In this document: positions 1 through 12,345 of the stretch, piece after piece
Numbering within the stretch: the first letter of the stretch is position 1
Layout of the letters: each line of letters begins with the position of its first letter
From: Oculina patagonica
Taxonomy: Eukaryota
Direction of reading: 5' to 3'
Length of the DNA stretch: 64,000 bases
Assembly (NCBI RefSeq): GCF_052425735.1
Contig: NC_135761.1
Location: 32,984,001 to 33,048,000 of the forward strand
Made by a program: the position numbers and the translations under genes
Notes under the pieces: generated by a model
What the model saw: the letters and a program-made list of their open reading frames with translations, nothing else
The model's database searches: none
What the model was told of the DNA's origin: nothing

Positions 1-1341
1 AACCAGTTACAGGCGAAGTGTAGGCTACTTTATATACGTGTCGACGACTGTTCCTTTTCATTATTAGGGCTTCAATAACATAACGCTTCTTTTGAGCACT
101 TTTGATGCCTCCTTTTCTTGGCAAGCGCACATAAACCTTTTCTCCAACATTGTATTTTGAGGGTGGATGGGCTCGCAAATGTCCTCTTACCATTCTTTAC
201 TGCATCGTTCACTTGCTTTAGCAGCCTGCCTCCTGATGTTTGAGGCATGTTTAGAGCGCCGTCTTCGGTATCCTTCTGATGGATTACATTTACCAGCATT
301 TTCGACCACCTCTGTATCTGTCATGGCTGTGTTATATGAATTACAGTGGCGTGCAAAGTACACTTCAAAGGGTGTTTTGTAGGCCAGAACTTCTTTTGGA
401 TCTTCATTTAAGATGCGCTGGTGATTTGGCAGACTCTCAGCCCAATTTACTTCTTTCGCACCCATTTGAATGAAGTCGTACTCCATCTTGGATTGTAAGG
501 CTCTATGGCTTTGTTCAACTTATCCTTGAGATTGCGGGTGGTACGGACGACTACAAATTATTTTAATTTCCAGCTGGCGGCAAAGCTCCTTGACAGCTCC
601 TTTAAACTCACCCCCTTGATCACATTGAATTACCCGAGGAGGACCATGTTCCAAATATAAGATTCGCAATTCATCCGCAATGTTCTTACTGCTTTTTACG
701 CTAACTGGACGGAGCCAAACAAACCGACTGAAAACATCCATTACCGACAGAACGTACCAATATGACACACCATTAAATTTGATAGCACCTTTTTGTCCCA
801 TATCCATTAAATCAATTTGGTGTCTCATTTGAACGTCTCTTGCCCGAATTGGCTTCAATCTTGCCTTATTACAGAACTTTGCATTCCTTTTGTAATGCTG
901 TTTGTCAGTGTTAAGAATTTTTTGCACTTTGATCCTGCTGAGACCAGCAAAGTTCTGCTTGAGAGATGACACTAACTTTGCAGCCCCCGTTCCTTTCAGC
1001 CGTTCCTATTCATCAGCAACAACCTTGCACACTTCCGAAACTCTTAGTATTCGACGTCCTTTCGCTTTGGAGTAAATAAATTTACGGCCTCTTTCCTCCT
1101 TAACTGTTAAATCCCCATTCGCTCTCCAGTATCGTACTGCTGCTGATCGCTGTGCATGTGTTCGTTCCTTCACTGATGGCAGACGTTCACCTTCAATTAT
1201 ACTTATCAGAGCATCATAAATCTCGTCGGGAATGGCTGATTTATCTCGAACTCCACGTCCTTTGCCTTTGCTATTTGTGGCCACGGAAAGGGCTATGAAG
1301 CAGACAAAGAGAGCCAGAACCAGTAAACATACAGACTTCAT
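1..1341 (-). pseudogene. rve-type integrase/transposase (KRBA2/GIN-like) with a signal-peptide-like N-terminus; 2 in-frame stops and a frameshift
   Basis: ORFs 1006..1368, 520..972 and 187..486 share one frame, separated by TAG (1006-1008) and TAA (520-522). Motifs: HQIDLMD, DVFSRF, IQCDQGGEF, SRPYHPQSQG*VEQSH. After a frameshift near 195 the C-terminus reads PPSKYNVGEKVYVR. Confidence 0.85.
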
Positions 1342-1863
1342 CTTGGACGGAATTCCAGAACAATGCAACTTGGTCCAAACTATCTAAGACAGCGGGGATT
1401 CTGTGTCTAGACACTGTGTCTACGTGCTATTGCTATCTCGGTCGAATCTAAGAGTTGAAATTCCATTTACGAATCGATTTACTTTATAGTAGTTCCAATA
1501 TAAATTTTCGTTGGTACGTGATGCAAAAAAAGAAGCACTGAAACAAGGAATGGTAGTTTAAATAGGGTAAACTTAACTTAAGTTAAAATGTACTAAAAGT
1601 TAGTACATTCGTGCAGTTGGCTCTGATCACATCGAAACACAAAAGTAAACCTGTCATCAATCACGTAAGCCAGCTTTTTAAAAAAATATAGATCCCGTGG
1701 CTGTTGTAGTCCTACGTTTTATTTTGTAGTTCTTGAAAAGTAAACACATACATCAATAAATTCTTGCTGTTTGTGCCCTGGGAAATGAAGGGTTAAGTAG
1801 GTTAAGTCAAGAAGTCATCCTCACTGGGAACAATCACTTCAATGATTCAAGAATAAACAATTA

Positions 1864-2094
1864 CAGTCGAGCACCTATTTAACGGCCACCCATTAAGCAG
1901 CCAGTCATTAAGCGGCCACCCATTAGACGGCCAGGCATCAAAACCGGAAATTTTTCTCAGTACAATACAGTAAAGAAAACCGTTATTTAGCGGCCACCTT
2001 TTGGCCTCCTTTTAGCCGCCCTGACAAGGCTTCTTCTATTGTTTTTACCCTTATTTAGCATGCAGCAAGAAGGTAGGGGAGAAAACCTGTGACA
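1864..2094. mobile_element. Degenerate Tc1/pogo-like MITE inserted in the Ginger 5' region
   Basis: TA-CAGTCGAGCACC start and repeated ttaagcggccacc motifs; the right end is poorly preserved. Confidence 0.4.
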
Positions 2095-2334
2095 GTATAA
2101 CGTATAACAAACACAATGAGACATCTTAAATAGTTCAAATTACCTTTCGGATTAATTTTTAAATCTGAGTGATCCTTATTACATTTGTGACCAATTGTTA
2201 TTACACTTGTGACCTTTATTACAGTTGTGACCAGTTATTACATTTGTGCCTTCAATAACATATACATCCTACAGTATACATGTATACTATGATGTCAACA
2301 AAAATGTTTTTTTTCTCAGCAAACACTTATAAAG

Positions 2335-2976
2335 TTACTCCTTTTTGGCAATCTTCAGTACTACTTTGGATGTTGTGTTGTATGTGAAGATTACTGTTCG
2401 AAGATTTAACAAACTGTCTGTGAGCATTTCCTCAGTTATTGTTGATAAAAGGCTTTCTTTGTTTTGAATGGCCACTATCTGCTTAATAGGCTCCTCAAAT
2501 AGTGTAAGTGTGATTTTCTTATCATCAGAGTACTGTCCGAGTACTTGGGCATACCAATGTTTAGATGTAGGTTTGAGTTTTTGCTTTAAGTGGCAACTGT
2601 TGCACTGTATATATGCTGCCGCATTAGATTGTTCTAGTTTCTTGTTGGACTTAAAGCAAGAGAAGTACGAGTTGATGGAAGTGATTCCCATATTTCTCCT
2701 TTGATGGTTGTGGCTGAATGGCTGAATAACTGGAGTCTGTTGCAAGAATTCTGCCAGAGATCTTATGGCATTGTATGGCAGCTGTTCTTGAGAGCCACCT
2801 TCATTAGACTCTGACAAAAGCTGACTTTGAAGGCATTGCCTTGCTCGTGGTGCGGTGTCGTCCTGTCTTCCATGCTTTTGTTGCCGTTCTTCAGTTGCAC
2901 TTGGGATTTCCGCTGACTTTTTGCCTTGCTTAAACCTACCCAAACTTTCCTGATCTTTAGGGGACTTCAAACACAA
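2335..2976 (-). pseudogene. Chimeric remnant; the C-terminal half resembles a Zn-binding OB-fold (RPA1 C-terminal-like)
   Basis: YFSCFKSNKK...IQCNSCHLKQK...KITLTLFEE pattern. The upstream part (CRRCYSRVKQF near 3000-3030) resembles transposon zinc-finger N-termini. Confidence 0.45.
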
Positions 2977-4739
2977 GTCCTAAAATTCTGCAAACTGTTT
3001 CACACGGCTGTAGCACCTTCTGCATATTTTCTACTTTGATTATTTTGAGCAATTTTTCATCATAAATACCAAGGCAAAGCTGCAATAAAAAAGGGTTTTT
3101 AGAAAGTCACTTACTGTGTTTCCTGCCTGAATTTCATTTTTAAAAATATGACCAGGGAGAAAACCACTGTCAACTTGTTTCCCTAATGCATACACTGAAA
3201 AAGAAATGTGATAAGGTGCACCAAACAGAAGTGGACAAAATAGAGTTAATTTCTTTGTTGCCAAGGTCTCTGAACTACATTCAAGGTGAAAGTGTAGCAT
3301 GACTCCAGTTTTCCCATGCTGTAGGTAAACTTCCCAAGGTGAAAACTCTGTTTTAGACATCGATATAAACATATTAGATATGACTTCATAATTATGTGAT
3401 GTGCTACTGCTTTTCCTGCTAGCCCTGTTACCTTCAGAGTTAGAAAATAATTAAGATAAAGGGAATGAAATAGGTTGACTTGCTGCAGATGTTTGAATAG
3501 TTGCTTCATCTTTGTATTCTTTGTCTGACTCTCTATCAAACCCCATTTTAGAATCATTTTCTTTATCTTCCTTTTTCTTTTTCAATTTTTTTTGAACATC
3601 TTTAATAAAAATTATATTTTTTTTTATGTTCTTTATTTTTCCCTCCCCTCTTTCATCTAGGCAGTTACAAGCAAACATATAATACTTTGATGACATTTTG
3701 AGAATATGTTTTGAACATGGTGTTGTTTTTGTCACAACAATACTTTTCTTACATGATGTACATGTTTTCTCATCAAGCTTAGACAAACAATCATATGTTA
3801 CTTTCTCACTTGTAAAGAACATTTTTTGCATGCTGAACACTTGGATATAATCGTTTTGGTTTATGGCCACGCTTTTGTTGTAAGTTATAGTGATAGTTGC
3901 AGATAAAAAAAGATAGATCATTTACTCGGCCAAGATTACCAGGAGCTATTTTTAATTCGTATACCCCAGTCAAACCTGTGATTTTTTGTGTGATGCTTCC
4001 TCTTCACACCCCCTGATGCAGCACTTATTGATCCCACCTAACAGCCTTCCTCTAATATGAATTGTGGTGAGATCAACAAGTTTTCCATGATTTGACATTT
4101 TATTTCCTCCTGGACCACTTAACCAATATTCAGTACTGGGAAGTTTGAATTTTGCTAAAATCTGTTTCTGAAGATCTGATACAGTGACATTCTGTATCAG
4201 TCGAAATATGCCAGTCTTTTACAAAAAATACATGTAGGGCTTAAATGGTGAAATAAAACATAATAAATTTCCAGGAAGAGATAAAAATATGTTAAATAAA
4301 TCAACAAGTGTAAATTCTAGGACTAAGAAAATACACAACAGAGTACTTCCTGACCAAAAGTTACAAACTGAAAGAGATTCCCCCTGTAAAGTGAAATAAA
4401 AAAAAAGAAAAATATCAGTATAACATGCCATAATCGTCTATATATAAAAGCATGAAATAAACACATGTAAAGCTTGAAAAACTGTAGAACTGTAGGATAT
4501 CTTGTACTATGGGATTAATTGAAGTTTAAAGTATGTATGCACCACTGAAAGAAGGAGAGTTTTCCAAGAGTAACGCAGTAAAAAACTATTTAAAGCCATG
4601 TTACCAAAAACAACAGAAAAGATGTATAAATAATGATGTGCAGAAAAGAAATGTGAATGAGACAATAAAATATTTCCCAAAAAATGATCTGAAGGGTTGT
4701 ACAGACATTTAGACACATTTGTACTTTATTTCTCGAGTA

Positions 4740-4862
4740 AAGGTAGGTTTTGGGGTGGGCTGGGTTGAGGTAGGTTTTGGGGTGAGTCAGGTAGAAGTAA
4801 GGTAGAAGTAGGTTTTGGGGTGGGCCAAGAAGAAGTAGGTTTTGGGGTGAGTAGGGTTTTTT
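4740..4862. repeat. Low-complexity tandem repeat (gtaggttttggggtg units)
   Basis: Five imperfect copies; it gives the PKPT/PQNLP repeats in ORF 4726..5010. Confidence 0.7.
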
Positions 4863-5305
4863 GGAATTCAGATGGAGTTTGTGGGGGATGTAGTGAAGGC
4901 CAGTCTATATCATTAAGTAAGAAAGTGAAGGGGGAATGTTCTGGGGAGGCTTCAGTCTCTGGCTTGCAAATGCTTTGCTCTGAGGCCGTTAAATGATGAA
5001 ACCACTTCACCAGAACTTCATTACCGTTGTCCGTAAGGTGTACCTTATCTTTCCTGTATTTTTGTTAAAAAGTGAGGAAGGTAAATCATGAAACACAACA
5101 GAATGGGAAAATAAATCCTGAATCTGAAAAAAAAAAACAAAGAGTAAGTGCAGTGTACTTGTGAGTGTAGCCAATCGAACCTTGGCAAAATAAGAAATAA
5201 ATAAATAAATAACAGCATTAGGGCATTTTTCTAACGAAGAACAAAAAAAATTCGATGATAGTTGCAACAATGGATTCGGAGGTGTTAAAAAGTAAATTGT
5301 TTGTT

Positions 5306-5506
5306 TCACAAAGAAGGGTAACAGCGGTAAAGAAGAGGGAAAAACATGGTTTCTGCTTGGTAAAGAATTGCCTCCACAGTGTCGCCGGGTATACCGGCGT
5401 TTACAAATGTGGAAGCTGGAAAATATTGCGAATAACACTCAGCAAACCTTTCCATACTTTTTGTTATCGAATCTCCGATAAGTACCATCTCCACCCCCTC
5501 CTTCAA
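5306..5506 (-). pseudogene. SGNH/GDSL esterase fragment
   Basis: Block I VLIGDSI and block II NAGIPGD; the frame decays after block II. Confidence 0.65.
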
Positions 5507-5814
5507 CCTTCCAGCAATCTATGTCATTTTATTTGCTTTTCCTGGCCTTCTCTTTGGCTCCAGCGCACCAAAGGAGGAAGATCAAAAGAAGAATTATACC
5601 ACATTAGTGTTCGGCAGTATTTACAATCAATCACAACAGAACAAAGTTGCTCTTGGCTGTCACATTAGTGTGAACAATTTTCAGAAAAAAAAAACGAGGG
5701 TTAATTAGGTTTGCTATATCTTGAACTCTCACTTTGGTCACTGGGTTCTTACAGCAGTCGTTTCCTCTTCCCCTCTTCCTTTCCCTCCCCTTTTTACGCC
5801 TGCCACACAGGCCA

Positions 5815-6620
5815 GATGGCTCCTTTTGTTGATGCCAGATGACTTGGAGTAAGATCCCTCAAGAGTTTTTTTGTTGCCTTTTCTAGTCGCTTTAATTGTC
5901 CATAGTGATCTTTTTACATCGCATAGTAAACTCTTCTTCAGAAAACTGCACTTGTAGAGTTTTATACGTGGCATCGCAGTGGCGACACTTCTTTCTTGCT
6001 CCTCCAACACTCTCTTTAAACCCAGCTCCCACGTTGCCAGCAGGTGTGTCGGCTAGGAAAACAAGCACGGCTCCTCTGAGGTTGATAAATCCACCATAAA
6101 CATGAAAAGGGTATCCCCTGTCAGTTCCAAGTGTCTTTAATTCCTTTATATTACTTTACAAGCGGTTCGAAGATGCCGTTGATCCAAACCTTTAAATATA
6201 GTCGGTTTTGCACACTCCTAGCAGATGAATAGAATTAATTCTGGATAAATATTCAATTGGAATGTTCGCTAACTGGTAGTATAGCAAAGTAATTTTGTGT
6301 ATTTTGTTTGTCAATGGATTGCAAAGGTTAACGTCATCGTTGTACAACAAAATCTTTAGGGCAGTGTAATCATTAGCAAACAACTCGTGGCTTTGAAGAA
6401 AAGTACCGTCGCAGAAATTGCTGGGAACATTAGCATCGCCTGAAGGCTCCTGACCATTCAGCCCCACGTTCAATACTTTGTCAAAAGACAACTGCATTTG
6501 CAATGTTCCAAGTATGAGAATATAATAAAAAAACTCTTCAACCAACAATCTCCGTTTTTGGTGTGATTGCGTTTCCTTTCTAGTCGTTGCTTTCCAAGTA
6601 ATACTTTTTGAGGCTCCTGA
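5815..6620 (-). pseudogene. CACTA/EnSpm-like transposase fragment
   Basis: FCDGTFLQSHELF, LKILLYNDDVNLCNPL, YYQLANIP, then after a frameshift GAVLVFLADTPAGNVGAGFKESVGGARKKCRHC. Confidence 0.75.
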
Positions 6621-6845
6621 AACAGATAACAGAAGATTAACGTTTATTTTTGTAGCTTTAGAGGGTAGAAAGAAATTTACATAAGTATCATTAAATAACT
6701 AAATAGTAGTGCTGGCTATTAAAGTAACATTTGCCATTTTTGTTGTAGTAAAACAACTGATTTGAGCGGTGTTTGATTTAATTCATTCTAGCTGTATCTC
6801 TAGCTATGGTTGTCTATATTAGCAGGATTGCAAACCACACATTCC

Positions 6846-6912
6846 ATGTGGTACCACTGCAGACAACAGTCACGTGACATGTGGTACCACTGCAGACAAC
6901 AGTCACATGACA
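6846..6912. repeat. 33-bp tandem duplication
   Basis: catgtggtaccactgcagacaacagtcacgtga followed by a near-identical copy. Confidence 0.85.
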
Positions 6913-8287
6913 CTTCCACAGTACAACCTTTTATCTTCATTGTCTAAATCATTGTTACTAAAGTACCTCTGACAGCACACGCCAGCTGCGCAAGTTGTCA
7001 AATTCTTACATTTACTGTTAATTACTGTGTAGGAAGAAAACACTATAATAGAAAAAATGCAATTATACACGTCTCACACAACAAATTGTCTCCCAACATA
7101 ACAAACAATAGAGGATAGTTTCCAGAATAGTATATACACTGGCATTTTTTTGGTCAACTTAATTGCAATGCAAAAACAGAAAAAAAAGTTACCTTGTATG
7201 ACATGGCCTTTCCTTCATTAAGGCCACCATAACTTGGATGTTATGTGTCATTTTGCAGCAAGACAAACAAAGCTATAACTTACATTTTTGCTATTCAAAT
7301 TCCATGTAGTTGCTCACCAACCATTTAATTTTAAATGTAACAAGTTAGCAGAGGAACCACAGGCTTGGGGAGTTTCCCTTAGAGAAAATAAAACTATTTA
7401 GTTTGAAAGCTACATACGGATTGATTTTGCCTTCACAAATGGTATGACGTAATTCACAATTAACTCTGATGAATCTTCTTGGCACAATTCCTTTGGTACC
7501 CAGAGGATACTCAGCTGTAGCTAATTGCTTGTCCCTGGAGGTGAAACGGGCCTCTTGTATTCGTAAAGCAATGGTGACAGGAGTGTGATGGCTTAATGTT
7601 GAACAGTGCTTTCCAAAGCACTGGCAACAAAGACAACTTGAAGGAAACCTTTTTTGGGCAGAAAAGCCCACAATTAACAATAAATATCCCCTATGATCCA
7701 TTCACACAACTCACAAGACTTCTCAAACTAAGTAAACATAACCTCCACACATAAAGCAACAAGAACCAAACTGGACCTTATAATCAACCCCAAACAAGAA
7801 TGTCCATTTACATGTACTGTCATACAATTTCATGAACGATATTTGTCAAGCTATTCCACTTGTATATCAAGAAAAATATATTACATTAACAAATGTCAGC
7901 TAACCTGCATAAAGGAGTGTTTTTGGCCCCTCTTCTTAAACAGTCAGACCTTTTCCCCTTAGAGAAGGTCCACTGCAGTATGCACAGAAAAAATGCGGCG
8001 ATGGCATCTCTATGATCCGCAAGGTCATATTTTTCAACAGCTTTAAGTAACAGAAAAAGCATGAATTGGTATAACTTATTTAATAATTGCTACTACAATC
8101 TTGGACAAAACTGTTGAAACACATAGCAAATTTCCACCAATTTTGCTAACAGAATTCAGTTTTGCACCCCCCCCCTCCCTCCCCCATTTTCAATGTTGTT
8201 AATAATAATAAATAAATGGTGTTTATAGTGGTCATGCACTTAGCTTCATATCTCTACGAGATAGCAAGAACAAAAAGGTATTGAATA

Positions 8288-8672
8288 CAGTAACCCGCGT
8301 GTAGAACCTATTTTTGAGTTTGGCAAACAGGTTCTTGTATTATGGGGTACTTATTGACAGTTTAGGCTAAGTGGTTCTTTCAGGTTCTATTTCTACAGAG
8401 TAGACATTGTTGTTGATATCAGAAAATAGTATAAAATCTGGTCTGTTCTTCATTATAAATATTTATTAATGTACCCATGTTGCCAAAAGACCAACAACAA
8501 CTGATACCCCAGTAACATCACCTTCTGGTTTTGGTAAAAATACCTTTATAATAGTTAAACCCTACATGTAAGAACCTGTAGGAATTTGGCTAACAGGTTC
8601 TTATATTTTGGGGTTTAAAAGCAATCGCCAGAAGGTCTAAATGCCTAGGTTCTTACACGCGGGTTTTTACTG
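8288..8672. mobile_element. Tc1/pogo-type MITE, copy 1
   Basis: TIR CAGTAA(AAA)CCCGCGTGTA(A)GAACCTA ... TAGGTTCTTACACGCGGGTTTTTACTG with TA TSD; second copy at 36148-36558. Confidence 0.85.
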
Positions 8673-8850
8673 TATATTGTGGAACAATTGAAATTAGGTT
8701 TTGCTTTGTTACACTGTAACAAGACGTGGAAATTACACAGCACAGGAATATCAACTGACTTAAAATCCCCGAAACTTAAATGCCCAAAACTTAAATACCC
8801 ATAACTTAAATGTTAGCTGTGGTCATAAACGTGTCTGTTTCCTAGACTGT

Positions 8851-9685
8851 TTACAGTTCAATCTCCTTGTCGACCTTTTGCATAGTGCTCTTCAGCTGAC
8901 TGGTATCAATACCTTCAGGGATCTTAACATACTTGCCCCTTGGAAACTTTTTACAAGCCACTTATAACAGCTGACTTAGAGTGAGTGCAGTTAGATTTCT
9001 TGCTGACACCCCAAATTTACTCTTCCGTAACTTTATGCTTTCTTCTCTATCCAAAATCTTTCCACAGACAGACTTGACAATCATCTTGCAAACCTTAGGT
9101 GTCAGTTGAATAGTAATGTCTCCCTCTGAAGCAACATTAGGAGACTGGGAAGATTGTATAACTTCCATGTCCCCGGTTTCAGAGGTAACTGAGAGTGTTG
9201 ATTTAGTGCTATCGTCATCACTGCCGCCATTCTGCAATTTTCAATCAGTATACTTCAAATTAAAAATACTACTACAAAGACAACTACATGTATATTGGAA
9301 TCCCCCAGATGATAACGAGTATGACCAGATTTAAATAACCTATTTACAACCTATAGTTTTACATGTATAATTATCTTCTTTATAAAGCACTTAATGACTG
9401 GCCCCAATATTTCCCTCTGTGGAGGATTGATTGTACTAAACCTTTGAGAGGTACAGGAAAAGAGTGATTCTGGGAATTGAGGAGAAAAGCATGTACTTAT
9501 CACCTACCAATTTTCCTTTCTTGTACCTTCTTTGCTCATTGAAAAAGTCTTGAATGTGCTTAGCAATTCCTTTCTTACAAAATCCAGCAGCAGGAACAGC
9601 ACATTTCTTTACTATGCTCTCAGCAAATTTGGCCAGCTCTGGTGTGTTGGCATGTTTCTTATTTATTTTCAGGCTTAACAAATTA
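8851..9685 (-). pseudogene. Spliced uncharacterised gene (EQRR-motif family); exons about 9685-9507 and 9231-8851
   Basis: Phase-compatible GT-AG junction (TTG|gtaggt ... ttgcag|AAT) and one internal TAA at 8962-8964. It resembles the SAM-gene exons at 16110-24976. Confidence 0.6.
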
Positions 9686-10384
9686 CTGAATGAAAGACAT
9701 TAGCACATGTACAGCTAAATTTAAAAGTGATGAGACTAGAGCTTAAAAGGGTTAATTCAGTTTCTCAAATTTCTAATTTCTACAGAGCTATAATCACCTC
9801 TGAAAAGTTCATCAAGGTATTTGTCAGAGAATTTGCGAGAAAGTAAAAATAACTATAAAAAAAAAATAAAAACCTATATTTGAGTGTCAAAACTGAAATA
9901 GCAATAATAAAACCACTAAATGGGGACACTTTAAGGTAAAAGAAAAATAACAAAATCGACATATCCTCATAAGGATCAGTGTTGAGCAGTGATGAGGGAT
10001 CACTGCTCTCATCATACTGTATGTGTGATCTCATTATCCTTTCATGGGAAAGACTCTGCTGGGTTCAGGGAATCTTTCCAGCAACTGAGCTCATCCAGTT
10101 TTTTCTTCCCCATTCCCCTTTTGTTTGGTTTTTTTTTCACCTGAAGGTTTTCGCCGGTCTCCGAGAGGTAATGATTCTCCATGATATCTGGCCTATCTGG
10201 ATCTGTGAATGATGGCAACTGGTCTTCTTCGTAGCTAAGGAGCTAATTTCAAATGGCAAGCAGTGTTAGTCATATTCAGACTGCAGAATGTTATAGAATT
10301 AAGGGATGAACCAATGTGCAAAGCCAGTTCCTGGATTCAAGTTGTGATATTCTGTCAGCATTTACTTCATCTCCTCTGTCCAAA

Positions 10385-10591
10385 TCACTCGACCAAACCA
10401 CGAACGAAATCCACAGCAGCCTGCAGGCAGACTATCAAGTTTTCAGCCATATTGAGATTAGCATGTGGATAAAATCTGGAACAATCAATCAAAAGGCGAG
10501 AAACAGTCTCCAAAAGCTCCGTTGTTGGAGAGCAGGTACAAACACTGAAGATAACACAGGTCACCACAAGAGATCTTACAATAGCCGCCAT
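10385..10591 (-). pseudogene. 5' remnant of an ORF with a signal-peptide-like N-terminus, probably transposon-derived
   Basis: MAAIVRSLVVTCVIFSVCTCS follows an AACATGGCG start context; the downstream frame is broken. Confidence 0.35.
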
Positions 10592-10839
10592 GTTTACATC
10601 ACTACCAAGGCACTTTTCGATACCATCATCAGCTTTCGTGCGGTCATAAAACTATTGTGGGCCAAGGTCAGAGCGTGCGGTTATATCCGAACCCGATCAA
10701 ACTGGTTAAACTGGCGTGTGGATGAGAAGGGGCTTGGGGTGAGACGAGAAAAGACAGACTAATGACTCTTTGGAATTTTTGAGGATATCCATCAGCTCTC
10801 CGTTGGTCCAGCAATGGAGTTGCTGATTGGTCAGTTCAG

Positions 10840-12345
10840 AATAAATATTAACGCTATAAAAACATGACGTTTTGGCGACGACATGTCACCATTATCAAAT
10901 GCAAATTTTACATGCTACAGAACGATATTTAGAGAAAGAAAGTGTGAAACTAAATTACAATAAATGCGGCGTTGAAAACAGAAAAATGTGCATAACTAAT
11001 TAAACAGTTTTGCTGGAATGGAGTCCTTTTGAGTGTTCAGGGATGGTTTCTTTTTCCTATTTAAGAGCATCTCGTAAATTAGGCACTCAAACTTTCCGCG
11101 GCATTTCTTTAGGATGGCAAATTGGCTGTGAAGGTTGATCGGCTTTTGATTGTGTTCTTGAAGATGTTTACCAATTACGGAGTATCTGTGCTCCTCAATG
11201 CGCAGGTGAAGGTGGCGGCTCGTGTAGCCAATAGACTTCGCATCGCACGAATTACATTTAAATTCATATACTACGCTTTGTTGGTTACTAGAGAGGGCTT
11301 TGTTTCCGTAAACTTAAAATCTTCAAAGATTTTTTTGCTTGTGAAGACTGGTGTTATTTCACGATTTATTTTTCTTCTTTTTCGTAGGTCACACAGTTCT
11401 CTACGTACGTAGTCAGCCGATTTTTGATCTTTGAATGGCAAGGTGATGCGTACAGGGATGTCCACTGGCGCAATACAGCTTTTGTTCTGGTCTTGAGAGG
11501 AATGAAATCTGTAAAGGACAGAGTCAATCAATTTCCCGGGATATTTCACTTTCAGGAATGTGGCCTTTAGTTCCCTACATTCTTGTGCGAAGAGATCTGG
11601 TGAGGAAGACAGGTGTTTGGCGCAATCAAATATAGTTCTTAAAAGTGATCGTTTATAGCGATTGTCTACGTGACTCTGATAATAGAGCAGAAGTCCTTTA
11701 TTGGTCTTTTTCCTTTAGACAGATGTGTTAAGGCGGTTATCGGTCTAAATGATTGCCATGCCTACAAAGGGTAACATGTTGTTGACTGCTGTTTCCATTG
11801 TGAATTGGATTGCTGGGTGCGCCTCATTCAAGATTGTTAGGAGATCAGTTGCAGTGGGAAGCTCAGGTACTAGTGCGAAGGTATCATCAACATATCTCTT
11901 GCAGAATTTGGAAAGTTTGTTTTCACGTGCTAGTTTCTCTTCAATGGAGCACATAAAGGTGTTTGCCATTAATGGTCCCAATGGTGATCCCATGGCAACG
12001 CCGTCTATTTGTTCGTACAAATCGCTGTTAAACTAAAAAAGTTGATCTTTTGTAGAAATTGCAAGCAGCTCGATAAGGTCACCTTCACTGATGTTAAGAT
12101 TATGTGTGTTATTAAACCAGTTCCCATTGAAGGCTTTCTTTGCCAAAATCTGGATTTTTTCTTCTAGCGGTATGTTAGTGAAGAGTGCTGTGACGTCGTA
12201 CGACACCATGAAATTGTTCTCACCGATTTGTAGATGTTGGATCTCATCAGAAAATTGAAAGATGTCGGAGATCGTGTATTCATTGATCGACAAGGGCTTC
12301 AATTTCTTATCCAGCAACTTTGCCAGAGAATAGTTGTAACCAACT
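10840..12345 (-). mobile_element. Penelope-like retroelement (RT + GIY-YIG), 5'-truncated and decayed
   Basis: VSYDVTALFTNIP, YEQIDGVAMGSPLGP, RYVDDTF; C-terminal VYEFKC..CDA..IGYTSRHLHLRIEEH ... KPSLNTQKDSI. Confidence 0.9.
10862..10905 (-). ncRNA. Decayed minimal hammerhead ribozyme of the Penelope pLTR
   Basis: UUGAUAA core, stem II ggtgac/gtcgcc, (G>A)AAAC, palindromic ACGT, GUC; located just 3' of the GIY-YIG ORF. Confidence 0.55.

Larger units (their letters stand above)
1..2260 (-). mobile_element. Ginger-type (Gypsy-integrase-related) DNA transposon, 5' part; runs off the left edge of the window
   Basis: The minus-strand terminus at 2260 begins TGTTATTGAAGGCACAAATGTAATAA and carries short tandem subterminal repeats (ttattacatttgtgacc-like, about 2177-2250). 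A TGT terminus is typical of Ginger. An integrase ORF lies inside, with no RT or gag. Confidence 0.6.

Noticed and set aside
520-1008. Programmed read-through or selenocysteine in the integrase
   Set aside because: The stops are TAG and TAA, not TGA, and a frameshift is also present, so simple decay is more likely.
3451-4716. Hydrophobic or Lys-rich ORFs as genes
   Set aside because: AT-rich, intron-like sequence with no recognisable motifs.
7345-8040. Possible transposase or host exons
   Set aside because: Weak motifs only; I could not assign a family or a consistent frame.
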